From Alphaproteobacteria bacterium (GTDB lineage Bacteria > Pseudomonadota > Alphaproteobacteria > JABAAW01): a stretch of DNA of 64,000 nt. The notes under the pieces were generated by a model, which worked only from the letters and a program-made list of their open reading frames with translations, was not told the DNA's origin and ran no database searches. Below are positions 21,971-31,833 of the stretch, one piece after another (the stretch's first letter is position 1; every line of letters begins with the position of its first letter). The translations under genes were made by a program, and so were the position numbers. The stretch spans positions 911 through 64,910 of the forward strand of contig JABAAW010000001.1 of NCBI GenBank assembly GCA_014238535.1, given 5' to 3'.

Positions 21971-22826
21971 GCTTTCGTTTTTTATTTTTTGTCGGAGCAA
22001 TTAGTATTGTGTACTCACCACGAGGTTTTTTTTGCGCTAGTTCAGCGGTTAGATTCTCGATGAGCCCAAAGTGATGGGTTTCAAATACTTTAGTCATTTC
22101 TCTGAGAATGCAAGCCTGTTGCTGCGCGAATAGTTGACTAAGTAAGGTTAGGGTTGGGTGTAGGCGGTGAGGCGTTTCAAAAAATACGAGCGTCGCATCG
22201 CTCCCGACAAGAGACTGTAACAAGCGTTGTTTATGCGTAGTTTTGTGTGGCAGAAACCCTAAGAATAACGCTCGGTCGCTTGGCAATCCGCAAACCGACA
22301 GCGCTGCTGTTAGCGCCGAGGGACCTGGCACGGCGAAGACTGGCAAGCTATTTTCTCTGCAAGTTCGGACGAGTTTCATGCCTGGGTCTGCGAGCGTTGG
22401 CGTGCCGCTATCTGATAGTAGTGCTACGCTTTGTCCATTTTCTATACGCTCGCATATTTTTGCACGCAGGTCAGAATTTGCGTGATCGTCGTAGCGGATC
22501 AATTTTCCTTGCTTATTGGTAATAGCGAAGTGCGATAGTAGGTTTCGAGTGCGCCTTGTATCTTCGCAACAAACTAAGTCGCAACAAGCCAGTAGGCTTA
22601 GCGTTCGTAGCGAGATATCCTGCAAGTTGCCGATCGGCGTTCCGATGACATAAAGACCAGCAATGGGTGATAGTGTTGGTAACTTGATTGAATCGATACC
22701 ATCTAGCCTTGAAGTATTTCTCGGTTTCTGTGGTTTAATTATTGGCATGAGGTATAGGCAATGAGTGTTAGAATGGGCTTTAGTTTGGGTATTTAATATA
22801 TTAGCGTGTTCTATCATCTTGGGCAT
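21951..22826 (-). CDS. rsmI: 16S rRNA (cytidine1402-2'-O)-methyltransferase
   Basis: LYVIGTPIGNLQDIS, CEDTRRT, SDSGTPTLADPG, PGPSA, FETPHR; true start may be downstream (e.g. 22748). Confidence 0.95.
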   Translation of the reverse strand: MPKMIEHANILNTQTKAHSNTHCLYLMPIIKPQKPRNTSRLDGIDSIKLPTLSPIAGLYVIGTPIGNLQDISLRTLSLLACCDLVCCEDTRRTRNLLSHFAITNKQGKLIRYDDHANSDLRAKICERIENGQSVALLSDSGTPTLADPGMKLVRTCRENSLPVFAVPGPSALTAALSVCGLPSDRALFLGFLPHKTTHKQRLLQSLVGSDATLVFFETPHRLHPTLTLLSQLFAQQQACILREMTKVFETHHFGLIENLTAELAQKKPRGEYTILIAPTKNKKRKHADTQA

Positions 22827-22863
22827 CTCTATCTATAAGAACTTGCAGCAGGGGTGCTAGAGT

Positions 22864-24477
22864 GTGTATGAATTAATGATGGTACAAGTAATACGACATA
22901 AAATAATGCGCGCTGGGTTTTGGTCGTTCTCGACTTTTTGGCTAGTGGTTTTTTTATACGGTTGCACGACGACCTCTGGCGACTTAACTGGCAGCAGTAA
23001 AGTCAAGCGGTTTGGCAGTAAACGCGAACCTGTACTAGTTATGCTCTCGCCAGAGTTAACCGCGCCAAGCGAGCCGCCTCTAAGCCAATTTTTTGTGAAA
23101 GAAGGCAAAGCGAGAGCAGGCAAGGATTCTAACACAGATGGTAAAGATTTTGCTCGTGGTTCAGCCGCCGCGCGCCGCAAGGCTGCGCTCTTGGCTGATA
23201 TTTTGCGGTCACGAAAATCAATTTCTTATGATCGCGATAAGCGATTGGTGATAGGACTTTTGTTACCGCAGAAACGCTTTTCTTCTTTGTCGAAGGTTAT
23301 GGAGCAAGCGGCACGCTTTGCCCTTACGCAAGAGCAACAATTTTCATCTGTTCGCTTGATCGTGCGTGCCTCTGGCGACAAGCCTGCGTTTGCCACTAGC
23401 GCGGCATCTCGACTTATTAGCGAGGGTGCGGATATCATCATCGGTCCGATTTTTGCGGATCAAAGCCGCCCTGTTGCTGAGATTGCAGCTAAGGCGCGTC
23501 GTCCAATGGTATCCTTTTCAAACAACGAAAGTGTCAGTGGTGGTTTTACCTACCGTTTTGGTCTCTCGGTACGCGAGCAGACGGCGAGTGCTTTGCTGGA
23601 TGCTCTCGCGCGTCCGTCGCGAGCTTTCAGGGACGCTTCGTCTAGTAACAATGCGAGGGTACGCGCAGGTGATTGGGGAAATAGAGTTGCTTTCCTTACT
23701 TCGCAGAATGCTTACGGTCGTACCGTTGTTGCGGCGGGTAGTGCCTACCTGCGCTCTCGCGACCTATTGCCTGAACGAGTAGACTTTATCGATACTGCTC
23801 TCGACTATAATAGACTTGACGGTCAGATACGCCACATCGCCGATTATGACTACCGCCAGCTAAGGCTTTCCAAGCAGCGTAAGGGATTGCGTCTAGCGCG
23901 CGCAGATGTTGCCGATGGCTCTGCATCGGCTGAAGAGATAGACTTAGCCCTAGGAGATTTGAAAGACCTAGATACATACGGAGTTCTTCCATTCGATATA
24001 TTGCTTCTAGCCGAGGCGCGTCAAGAAGCGTTACAGGTTGTCTCGTCCTACCTTGCGCTCTACGACATCGATGCCTATAGTGCCAACATCTACGGGTTGT
24101 CTACTTGGGGGCAGATGAGAAATCTATGGCGCGAACCACAACTACAAGGTAGTCGTTATGTTTTTCCTGCGCGTGCGCGCCTCGATGACTTCGCACGGCG
24201 TTTCCACACCTCTCTTAACGACAAGGCTAACGAGCAGGCTAGCGTGCATATTCTAACGGCTCTTGCCTACGATGCTACTCTTACCGCCGCAAGGCTAGGT
24301 GCGCAGAAAGGTTTCATAACGCGTGAAGACCTTGAGCGCGAACAGGGATTCGTAGGAGCAGCAGGTAAATTCAGGCTACGCCCCGATGGCGAGGTGCAGC
24401 GAATATACGAGGTTAGGGAGATAACGCGTAACGGCGACAAGAGTCTTGGGAATGTGCGTAAGACTTTCTTCCCCTAG
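22864..24477 (+). CDS. LpoA-like penicillin-binding protein activator / periplasmic binding-fold lipoprotein
   Basis: Lipobox FLYGC, IGLLLP, GADIIIGPIF, ALAYDA, GFVGAAGKFRLRPDG..QR; divergent from rsmI as usual in alphas. Confidence 0.82.
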   Translation: MYELMMVQVIRHKIMRAGFWSFSTFWLVVFLYGCTTTSGDLTGSSKVKRFGSKREPVLVMLSPELTAPSEPPLSQFFVKEGKARAGKDSNTDGKDFARGSAAARRKAALLADILRSRKSISYDRDKRLVIGLLLPQKRFSSLSKVMEQAARFALTQEQQFSSVRLIVRASGDKPAFATSAASRLISEGADIIIGPIFADQSRPVAEIAAKARRPMVSFSNNESVSGGFTYRFGLSVREQTASALLDALARPSRAFRDASSSNNARVRAGDWGNRVAFLTSQNAYGRTVVAAGSAYLRSRDLLPERVDFIDTALDYNRLDGQIRHIADYDYRQLRLSKQRKGLRLARADVADGSASAEEIDLALGDLKDLDTYGVLPFDILLLAEARQEALQVVSSYLALYDIDAYSANIYGLSTWGQMRNLWREPQLQGSRYVFPARARLDDFARRFHTSLNDKANEQASVHILTALAYDATLTAARLGAQKGFITREDLEREQGFVGAAGKFRLRPDGEVQRIYEVREITRNGDKSLGNVRKTFFP

Positions 24478-24550
24478 TATAGGGTTGCTAGGAAACTTCT
24501 ATTGTAGCAAGTTGAGACTCGTAAACACGCTATGCGTTTTATTTTGTTTG

Positions 24551-24624
24551 CGGAGCGTGGCTCAGTTCGGTAGAGCACTCGGCTGGGGGCCGAGGGGTCG
24601 CAGGTTCAAATCCTGCCGCTCCGA
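24551..24624 (+). tRNA. tRNA-Pro (anticodon GGG); CCA not encoded
   Basis: CGGAGCG/CGCTCCG acceptor stem, CTCGG-ctGGGgg-CCGAG anticodon arm, GCAGG-TTCAAAT-CCTGC T arm; followed by TCA. Confidence 0.96.
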
Positions 24625-24657
24625 TCATCGATCATTGCCTTTACTAGCCTCTCATAC

Positions 24658-25566
24658 ATGATGGGTGCGCCAGTAACCTTTGTAGCCGCCTGCGTTCAGA
24701 TGTCGAGCGGAGTTTCAGTCGCTAACAATCTTGCGCATATATCTAACGCGGTTGCAGCGGCTAAAGCTTTGGGTGCCGATTGGGTGTTTCTACCAGAAGG
24801 TAGCAACCTGATGCAGCGCGATGGCGATGCTGCTTGGCGTAGTGCACGCTATGCAGGGCGGGATGGGGGGGAAACTATAGGAATGGAAGCGCAAGATGGA
24901 ATTCCTTCAGACGAGATTTCTTTCCTTGCGCGCCTTGCCAAGCAACACCAGCTATGGTTACACGCTGGCTCGTTGATCTTACGCCATGAGAGTAAGCCGC
25001 AGAAATTAGTCAATCGTAGTCTATTGTTTTCCGCCGATGGCTTGCTTGTGGCAAGTTACGATAAAATTCACATGTTCGATGTCACTCTTCAGGGTGGTGA
25101 GTCGTACTGTGAATCGGCTAGCTATATCGCAGGTTCGCGTGCGGTGCTAGCCCCTTCTCCGTGGGGAGCCTTAGGAATGAGTATCTGCTACGACTTGCGG
25201 TTTCCTCGCCTTTATCGCCACTTGGCTGAGGTTGGCGCGGTGTTTTTTGCTGTCCCTTCAGCTTTCACAAAGACGACTGGCATGGCGCATTGGAGCAGTT
25301 TGTTGCGCGCGCGCGCTATTGAAAATGGTTGTTTCGTCTTCGCTGCTGCGCAAAGCGGTTTGCTAGAGGATGGAAGGTCTTGCTGGGGCAGGTCGATGAT
25401 CATCTCACCTTGGGGAGAGGTTCTTGCCGAAGCAGGCGATGAGTCCGCCACTATTGTTAGTGCTGAGATCGATGTTTCGCGTGTTGCCGAAACGCGCAAG
25501 CGCATCCCCGCGCTGGCACTAGAGCGTCCTTTCCTTCCCGCTTCTCCTTCGCATGCTTTAGCCTAA
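24658..25566 (+). CDS. Carbon-nitrogen hydrolase (Nit1-like, probable deaminated glutathione amidase)
   Basis: FLPE, YDKIHMFDV, SICYDLRFP, PSAFT..TG.AHW, RARAIEN. Confidence 0.9.
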   Translation: MMGAPVTFVAACVQMSSGVSVANNLAHISNAVAAAKALGADWVFLPEGSNLMQRDGDAAWRSARYAGRDGGETIGMEAQDGIPSDEISFLARLAKQHQLWLHAGSLILRHESKPQKLVNRSLLFSADGLLVASYDKIHMFDVTLQGGESYCESASYIAGSRAVLAPSPWGALGMSICYDLRFPRLYRHLAEVGAVFFAVPSAFTKTTGMAHWSSLLRARAIENGCFVFAAAQSGLLEDGRSCWGRSMIISPWGEVLAEAGDESATIVSAEIDVSRVAETRKRIPALALERPFLPASPSHALA

Positions 25567-25584
25567 GTGTGCTAGGGCGAATAG

Positions 25585-26631
25585 TTAACTTATGCGTGTT
25601 TCGATTGTACCTACCCTAAAGCCGCGAAAATTTGTTAGCGGCTTGTCGGCGAAATCTATGGATGGTTTTGCGGACTGTTCGACGCTCGGTTCGCTTGGAA
25701 GTAACTCCAGACTTTGTAACAATTTTGCCATCGCGGCTTTGGCTGCGCGCGTCGCTCCGTCGACGCACTTGACAGCTATGCCTAGTTTTAACTTCGCAAG
25801 AGCTGCTGTATAGACACCCTCTGCGCCAGACTTGACGACGAATGCTCCGTTGGCTTGCTGCATCATTAGCGTGTCTGCTTGCTTGCTACCGGCGACAAAG
25901 AAAGGTTGCTTAACCATCGCTTGGAATAGTTCTTTTGCTACTTGCTGGCGTTTTTCACCTATTGGACCGCTCATTAGACTCGGTTCGCCGAAGCGCGCGA
26001 GTCCTCGCGCAAGCACATATAGCGGCAGAGCGAAGGCAGGAATAGAGCATCCGTCGCGTCCTCGGGGTGCTTGTTGCAGGTCGTATTTTAGGAAATGCGA
26101 GCAGACTTCGGTCACTCTCTGCTGTACGGGATGGTCGTATTCGCAATATCCTTCGACCTCCCAATTTTGTGCGCGCGCAAGGCTTAGCATAGAGCAGTGC
26201 TTTCCCGAACACATGTGGTGCGAGGGTTGGTTTTTTTCACCATTCGCGACGAGCATCTTCGCGCTTGCTTTATCTAGTGGCGAGTGCGTGCCGCAGGCGA
26301 GGTCGCTTTCGCTCAAACCAATTTTAGCGAGCCATTGTCGCACTTTCTCGACATGCTTTTTTTCACCGCTATGCGAGCCGCAAGCTATTGCAGAACATTC
26401 TTGGTCTAACGCGAAGCGCATCGAGGCGTCGCTTTCGCCGAAGGCGACGGCTTGGATCATTTTTAATGACGAGCGTGGGAAGGTGATGAATTCTTTTTCG
26501 CCGAAGCTAGCTATGATTTCGCTTGCGCTATTGCAGATGACAGCGTGGCAAATATGGCGTGATTCTACTTGTTGCTCTTCCTCGCCGCGCGTAATCAGCA
26601 CTTCTATCGGGGGGTGCTCTCCTTTTAGCAT
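25585..26631 (-). CDS. Rhizobium-type (class 3) L-asparaginase
   Basis: VESRH, PRSSLK, CGSHSGE, CSGKH, DGCSIP, KSGAEGV, KCVDG; start at ATG 26631. Confidence 0.87.
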   Translation of the reverse strand: MLKGEHPPIEVLITRGEEEQQVESRHICHAVICNSASEIIASFGEKEFITFPRSSLKMIQAVAFGESDASMRFALDQECSAIACGSHSGEKKHVEKVRQWLAKIGLSESDLACGTHSPLDKASAKMLVANGEKNQPSHHMCSGKHCSMLSLARAQNWEVEGYCEYDHPVQQRVTEVCSHFLKYDLQQAPRGRDGCSIPAFALPLYVLARGLARFGEPSLMSGPIGEKRQQVAKELFQAMVKQPFFVAGSKQADTLMMQQANGAFVVKSGAEGVYTAALAKLKLGIAVKCVDGATRAAKAAMAKLLQSLELLPSEPSVEQSAKPSIDFADKPLTNFRGFRVGTIETRIS

Positions 26632-26644
26632 GGTAGTCGTAGCG

Positions 26645-27142
26645 TCAGCTATTTCCGCTAGAGCCGAAGCCATTTTCTTCGCGTGCAGTTTTGGATAGGG
26701 TTTCAGCGAGCGTGAAACTTACGCTCGCATAATGCGCGAAGACTAGCTGTGCTATCCGCATTCCGCGCCTGATCGTGAAAGATTCTTTACCGTGATTGAT
26801 AAGGATAACCTTTATCTCGCCGCGGTAGTCGTTATCGATCGTGCCTGGGGTATTTAGGCAGGTGATGGCGTGCTTCAAGGCTAGTCCAGAGCGAGGGCGG
26901 ATTTGTGCCTCCATCGCCATTGGTAGAGCGATGGCTATTCCACAAGGAACAGCTACTGGTGCGCTAGGTTTTAGTTGTAGACAATCACTGATAGCGGCGC
27001 GTAGATCGTAGCCTACCGCACCACCGCTCGCGCGTTGCGGCAAATCTAACCCCTCGCCGTGTGGCAGTATGCGGATCGCAACTCTCAATAGAGTTTCAAG
27101 TGCTTCTTCGCTTGTTCTTTTTGAGAGAATGTTTGCTGTCAT
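26645..27142 (-). CDS. dut: dUTP diphosphatase
   Basis: GYDL, IRPRSGLA, GTIDNDYRGEI, RIAQL, GFGSSG; start ATG 27142 just after coaBC stop. Confidence 0.96.
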   Translation of the reverse strand: MTANILSKRTSEEALETLLRVAIRILPHGEGLDLPQRASGGAVGYDLRAAISDCLQLKPSAPVAVPCGIAIALPMAMEAQIRPRSGLALKHAITCLNTPGTIDNDYRGEIKVILINHGKESFTIRRGMRIAQLVFAHYASVSFTLAETLSKTAREENGFGSSGNS

Positions 27143-27146
27143 TCTG

Positions 27147-28478
27147 CTAGCTTTTTTCCGTTTTCTGCGCGCGAGTATCTTTAGATAAGCTTCGAGCCAG
27201 CGAACCATCAAGATACGCAGCCACTTTTTCGGCGATACGATTAGCAACTGCCCGTTTTGTCATTTTTGGCAATGCTTCCACTTGCCCGTTTTTTTCTAGT
27301 ATTCGTACGCGGTTGAATTCAGAGTTGAATACGGAATCGCGCAATACATCGTTAGCGATTAGCCAATCGCAATTTTTGGTACAAATTTTGGCATGCTGTT
27401 TTTCTGCTAATCCTTTCTCTGTTATTTCGGTTTGCGCGGCGAAACCTATTACGAGCTGCGGACGCTTGCTCCGTGGTAGGTTTGCAACCTCTGCCAAGAT
27501 GTCTTTGTTTGCGACTAACTCAATTTTGCCCGACAATGCTTTTTTCGGTAGCTTATGCGAGTGGTTTTCTTTCGGATGAAAGTCCGATACGGCTGCTGCG
27601 AAGATTGCAACTTGTAGCGGTTTAGAGTTTTTCAAGCCGTTATTTAATTCATCGAGGCAGACTTGCGCCATTTCGGCTGCGCTCTCGACTCGGATTGCCC
27701 TTATGCGCGGCGAGGAAGGCGGTGGTAGTAGGCTTGCCCCAGCGACTAGCACCACTTGCGCTCCGCGCTCGGCGAACGCTTGAGCGAGCGCGTAACCTTG
27801 TCTCCCCGACGAGCGGTTAGAGATAAATCGCACGGGATCGATTGCCTCAAGCGTAGGTCCAGCAGTTATCAATATACGAACATTCTCAAGTAGGTTTATG
27901 TTAACGCGTGCGTGCTCGATAAGCGTTACGATTTCTTGTGGTTCGCTCATACGCCCTAAACCGACTTCCCCGCAGGCGGTCGGACCTAGGCAGGGGCCTA
28001 TAAACTTTACGCCGCGTGCTTGTAGCAAGGCTGTATTGTGCACGGTCGCGGGGTTTTGCCACATTTGCGGATTCATGGCGGGTGCGGCGAATATTGCTAC
28101 ATTTGGCTGCAATGCCAGCACGGTTGTAGAGCTTAGATCGTCGCACAATCCGTTGGCGATACGAGCCAAGCCATTTGCAGAAGCTGGTGCGATTAACACT
28201 ATGTGCGCCCAGCGAGCGAGCGAGATATGCAACATATTGGCGCTGTGGTCTGCATCGTCGAACATTTCAACGCATACGCTAGCCTCGCTAGCTTGCGCGA
28301 GTGATTCGCGAGCGACGAAGCGAGCAGCATTTTTTGTCATTATCACGCGCAAGTCAAACCCGCTACGACGCAAGAGTCGGCATAGTAGTGGCGTTTTGTA
28401 GGCAGCTATACCACCCATCACCACTAGCAGTATGTTTCTAGGTAATCTTTTTGGTGTCGTGTTAGCTAGTTGCGGCAT
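27147..28478 (-). CDS. coaBC: Bifunctional PPC decarboxylase/PPC synthetase
   Basis: GGIAAYK, APAMNPQMW, ACGEVGLGRM, TAGPTLEAIDPVRFISNRSSG, IANDV. Confidence 0.96.
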   Translation of the reverse strand: MPQLANTTPKRLPRNILLVVMGGIAAYKTPLLCRLLRRSGFDLRVIMTKNAARFVARESLAQASEASVCVEMFDDADHSANMLHISLARWAHIVLIAPASANGLARIANGLCDDLSSTTVLALQPNVAIFAAPAMNPQMWQNPATVHNTALLQARGVKFIGPCLGPTACGEVGLGRMSEPQEIVTLIEHARVNINLLENVRILITAGPTLEAIDPVRFISNRSSGRQGYALAQAFAERGAQVVLVAGASLLPPPSSPRIRAIRVESAAEMAQVCLDELNNGLKNSKPLQVAIFAAAVSDFHPKENHSHKLPKKALSGKIELVANKDILAEVANLPRSKRPQLVIGFAAQTEITEKGLAEKQHAKICTKNCDWLIANDVLRDSVFNSEFNRVRILEKNGQVEALPKMTKRAVANRIAEKVAAYLDGSLARSLSKDTRAQKTEKS

Positions 28479-28601
28479 AGTGGTATTATACACTTGCTGA
28501 GATGCTTTAAAATGCATTTTATAATAAATCGCTAGAGCGAGTCTTTTGCTCGAATCTATACAAGTTCTCTATTGTGCTATAGTGTTTGTAAATAAGACAG
28601 A

Positions 28602-30422
28602 ATGTTGCTTGATTGTAATAATTATAACTATTTAGGTGTGGCTACTACGCGCTCCGCTAAGGTCTGTTTTTCGCCTGAAGCATCGGTTAATCGCGAACTT
28701 GCTCGCCCGCTGGCACTTGTTGGTATGCCCGGTTGTGGTAAGAGCAGTCTGGCTGCCGCGCTTGCGCGCTCGTTGGGAATAGATTTTTTCGACAGCGACC
28801 AGCTGGTAGAGCAAAAGAGCGGTACTACGATTGCCGATATTTTTGCGAAAAATGGCGAGGCGCATTTCCGTAAGCTCGAGTGCGGGGTTATCAGCGAGCT
28901 GGCGCGAGATTGGGCTGAGAAGCGTATCAAACCATTCGTGCTGGCGAGCGGTGGTGGAGCGATGGCGAATCCCCATAGCCACAAGGTTCTGCAAAAGCAC
29001 TTTACGACTGTTTGGCTCGATTGTCCGTTGGATGTTTTGCAACAAAGACTCGTCAGACAACGAGACGATAAGAAATGCGAAGGACAACCCCGCCCGCTTC
29101 TGAAGGGCAAGGAAGCGGATGGCTTGAAGGCGCGTCTGCAGGCTTTGTTGGATGCTCGGCGTAGAAGCTACGCCGTAGCCGATCGGCGCCTTGCCATTTC
29201 TGAAGACGATTCGATCACGCGCCTTGTCTCGCGTTTGCGAAAATTGATGGTATCTCGCGCAACACCCCGCAGAGAGGCGAGTATCCGAGAATCTACCAAC
29301 CAAGAAAAAATTAGTCTATCATTGCCCACAGGAAGCTACGATATTCTGGTCGGTGCTGGTTTATTGGATAAAGCAAGCGATGTCTTACTTAAGCACGCAG
29401 GCGTAAGCGATATTATTATCGTAGTAGAGCGTAAACTAGTCCATCACGCCGAAGCCTTGCGTTCTAACCTGCAAGCACGGGCTCGTAAGGTGGTTATCGT
29501 TTCGATTCTAGTATCGGAATCGCGAAAAACTCTACGTACTGCGGAACGCTTGTGCCACCGATTGTCATCAATTGGTGCGGACCGCGATAGTCTGATCGTC
29601 GTTATTGGTGGCGGGGTGCTGTGCGACATTGCGGCGTTTGCAGCATCTATTTTCATGCGAGGGGTGTCTTTTGCCCTATTGCCCACTACCCTGCTAGCTC
29701 AGGTTGATGCAGCGATCGGTGGCAAGAACGGTGTCAATAGTGAGGCTGGTAAAAATATGCTTGGCGTATTTAGCCAACCCAAGGTCGTGTTATGCGATAC
29801 GGATTTTCTATCGACTCTTCCCGCGCGTCACATGCGCTGTGGCTATGCGGAAATATTGAAGTATGCATTGATTGTAGATGCTCCTTTTTTTGCATGGCTT
29901 GAAGAACATGGGGCTAAGTTATTTGTGCGTGATCCTAAAGCGTTGACTTACGCTATTGCCCACAGCGTGCGAATCAAATCTCGTCTTGTAGAGCAGGACG
30001 AGCGTGATCAATCGGGGCAACGAGCCCTTTTGAACTTGGGGCATACCTTTGGGCATGCCTTGGAGAAGTTGAGTTGCTATCGTGTTGCGCATGGCGAAGC
30101 GGTGGCATTCGGTTGCTTGTTGGCATTCCGCTTTGCGGTCGCTTTGGCTCGTTGTAAAAGTGAGGCGGCAGAGAGTCTAGCGCAACATTTGCGGGGTTGC
30201 GGTCTGCCGACTAGACTATTAGATTTGCAAATAGACGAATCACAGCATGTACAACTTCGTGATTCTACAAGCTGGGTTTCGGCAATGAGCGACGACAAGA
30301 AGCGTTTGGTTGGCGCTCTTCGTTTAGTTTTACCAAATGAAATAGGCGCGTGCGCCCTGCAAGAACCGATGGAGTTAAAAACTCTCTCGAAGATGCTTGC
30401 GCCTTTGTTGCAAGACATATAG
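28602..30422 (+). CDS. aroKB: Fused shikimate kinase / 3-dehydroquinate synthase
   Basis: GMPGCGKS, GEAHFR, SGGG, RPLL, then GGGVLCD, PTTLLAQVDAAIGGKNG, LLNLGHTFGH in one frame; exact start uncertain. Confidence 0.93.
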   Translation: MLLDCNNYNYLGVATTRSAKVCFSPEASVNRELARPLALVGMPGCGKSSLAAALARSLGIDFFDSDQLVEQKSGTTIADIFAKNGEAHFRKLECGVISELARDWAEKRIKPFVLASGGGAMANPHSHKVLQKHFTTVWLDCPLDVLQQRLVRQRDDKKCEGQPRPLLKGKEADGLKARLQALLDARRRSYAVADRRLAISEDDSITRLVSRLRKLMVSRATPRREASIRESTNQEKISLSLPTGSYDILVGAGLLDKASDVLLKHAGVSDIIIVVERKLVHHAEALRSNLQARARKVVIVSILVSESRKTLRTAERLCHRLSSIGADRDSLIVVIGGGVLCDIAAFAASIFMRGVSFALLPTTLLAQVDAAIGGKNGVNSEAGKNMLGVFSQPKVVLCDTDFLSTLPARHMRCGYAEILKYALIVDAPFFAWLEEHGAKLFVRDPKALTYAIAHSVRIKSRLVEQDERDQSGQRALLNLGHTFGHALEKLSCYRVAHGEAVAFGCLLAFRFAVALARCKSEAAESLAQHLRGCGLPTRLLDLQIDESQHVQLRDSTSWVSAMSDDKKRLVGALRLVLPNEIGACALQEPMELKTLSKMLAPLLQDI

Positions 30423-30467
30423 CGAGGTTACACTTTTATTTTTCACACGATAACTATTAGCGAATGG

Positions 30468-31793
30468 TTGACCTCTATTGGGATCATCGTTGTTTTAATT
30501 TTTATATCTGGTTTTTTCTCTGGAGCTGAAACTGCATTAACGAGCGCTAGTTCGCGAATTCGCGAACTAGCTCGACAAGGAGACTGGCGAGCCCGCATTG
30601 TCGAGAAGTTACGCGAGCGCAAGGACTTATTGCTAGGAACTATCTTAATTGGCAACAACCTAGTAAATATTTTTGCAGCTGCGCTAGCTACTAGTTTTTC
30701 GTTGCGCCTATTGGGATATAGCGGCGTCTTTTGGGCGACATTAATAATGACTGTATCGACTGTTGTGTTTGCTGAGGTTTTGCCGACGAGTTTGGCAGTG
30801 TTACATACGGACAAGGTAGCCTTATGGGTTGCACCGTTGTTGCGTCCTCTAGTTTTTTTGCTCCAACCTGTGACGCGTCCACTACGAGCGTTGCTACGAC
30901 TTTTTGGTGCAACGGCGAAGCGAGGCTCGGATGTGTTGGCAAACACTAGGGAGCGTATCGAGACGATGCGTGGGGCTATCGATACGCACACACCAAGCTT
31001 GCACGATGGACGCAAGATGTTGCACTCGGTCCTTGACCTTGACGAGGCGTCTCTTGAAGACGTTATGACGCATCGCAAGGATGTGGCGATGGTTGATGCC
31101 AGCTGGGATTTTGCTACGGTTGCACGGTTTGTTGCCGAGAGCAATTGGACACGTTTTCCGGTCTTTGACAAGAAAGACGACAATATTATCGGTGTGCTAC
31201 ATGCCAAGGTTTTTTTCCGTCAATGGTATAAGGTAGGAGTGGGGGTAAGAAATTTTGACATCGGTGCTACGAATAATGATCTTACGGCGCGTGATTCTGC
31301 GAGTCGTGACTCTACGGGTCGTGATTCTTTGCCATCGCTCCGCTCTTTTTTGAGCAAGCCATGGTTTGTTCCAGAAAAGAGGCATTTGCGCGACCAATTG
31401 CGAGCATTTCAGCAGCGGCGCGAGCATGTAGCGTTAGTCGTAGACGAGTATGGTGCGTTTATGGGTATCGTTACCCTAGAGGATATTATCGAGCAGATAG
31501 TCGGCGATATAGACGACGAGCACGATGTAAGCACACCACAGGAGATAAGATTACTCAGCGACGGAAATCATGTTGTTGCGGGAGATGTGCCTTTGCGTAT
31601 TTTGCGCCGCGAGTTGAACTGGAACTTGCCAGAAGACAAGGCAGTAACGCTTGCAGGTTTGGTTATACAAGAAGCGCGTGATCTAACGGAGCAGGGGCAG
31701 GAATTTGTTTTTCATGGCTTTCGCTTTAAGATTTTACGAAAAGATGAAAACCGTATCGCCTCGATTCTAGTCAGCAATCTCGAAAAAAAATAA
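30468..31793 (+). CDS. HlyC/CorC (CNNM-CBS-CorC) family transporter
   Basis: FFSGAETALT, ILIGNNLVNI, CBS pair, VVDEYG...GIVTLEDIIEQIVGDI. Confidence 0.92.
   Translation: MTSIGIIVVLIFISGFFSGAETALTSASSRIRELARQGDWRARIVEKLRERKDLLLGTILIGNNLVNIFAAALATSFSLRLLGYSGVFWATLIMTVSTVVFAEVLPTSLAVLHTDKVALWVAPLLRPLVFLLQPVTRPLRALLRLFGATAKRGSDVLANTRERIETMRGAIDTHTPSLHDGRKMLHSVLDLDEASLEDVMTHRKDVAMVDASWDFATVARFVAESNWTRFPVFDKKDDNIIGVLHAKVFFRQWYKVGVGVRNFDIGATNNDLTARDSASRDSTGRDSLPSLRSFLSKPWFVPEKRHLRDQLRAFQQRREHVALVVDEYGAFMGIVTLEDIIEQIVGDIDDEHDVSTPQEIRLLSDGNHVVAGDVPLRILRRELNWNLPEDKAVTLAGLVIQEARDLTEQGQEFVFHGFRFKILRKDENRIASILVSNLEKK
31290..31334 (+). repeat. Three degenerate 15-bp tandem units inside the corC-family gene (RDSAS RDSTG RDSLP)
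   Basis: CGTGATTCTGCGAGT CGTGACTCTACGGGT CGTGATTCTTTGCCA. Confidence 0.75.
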
Positions 31794-31833
31794 AGAGTTA
31801 TCTAAATACTTTTAGCGGCATGGTTTTGTTCGC

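Noticed and set aside
24551..24627. tRNA-Pro lacking CCA as a pseudogene or integration site
   Set aside because: The cloverleaf is intact, many bacterial tRNA genes rely on the CCA-adding enzyme, and no duplicated 3' fragment or island follows.
25832..26698. 288-aa + strand ORF and other long antisense ORFs (30443-31207, 35233-35982, 39099-39755, 62474-63121, 6544-7164)
   Set aside because: Shadow frames opposite well-identified genes, with Ser/Arg/Cys-rich non-protein-like composition.
28602..30422. AroK-AroB fusion as a novelty
   Set aside because: This fusion is known in several bacterial lineages, including alphaproteobacteria.
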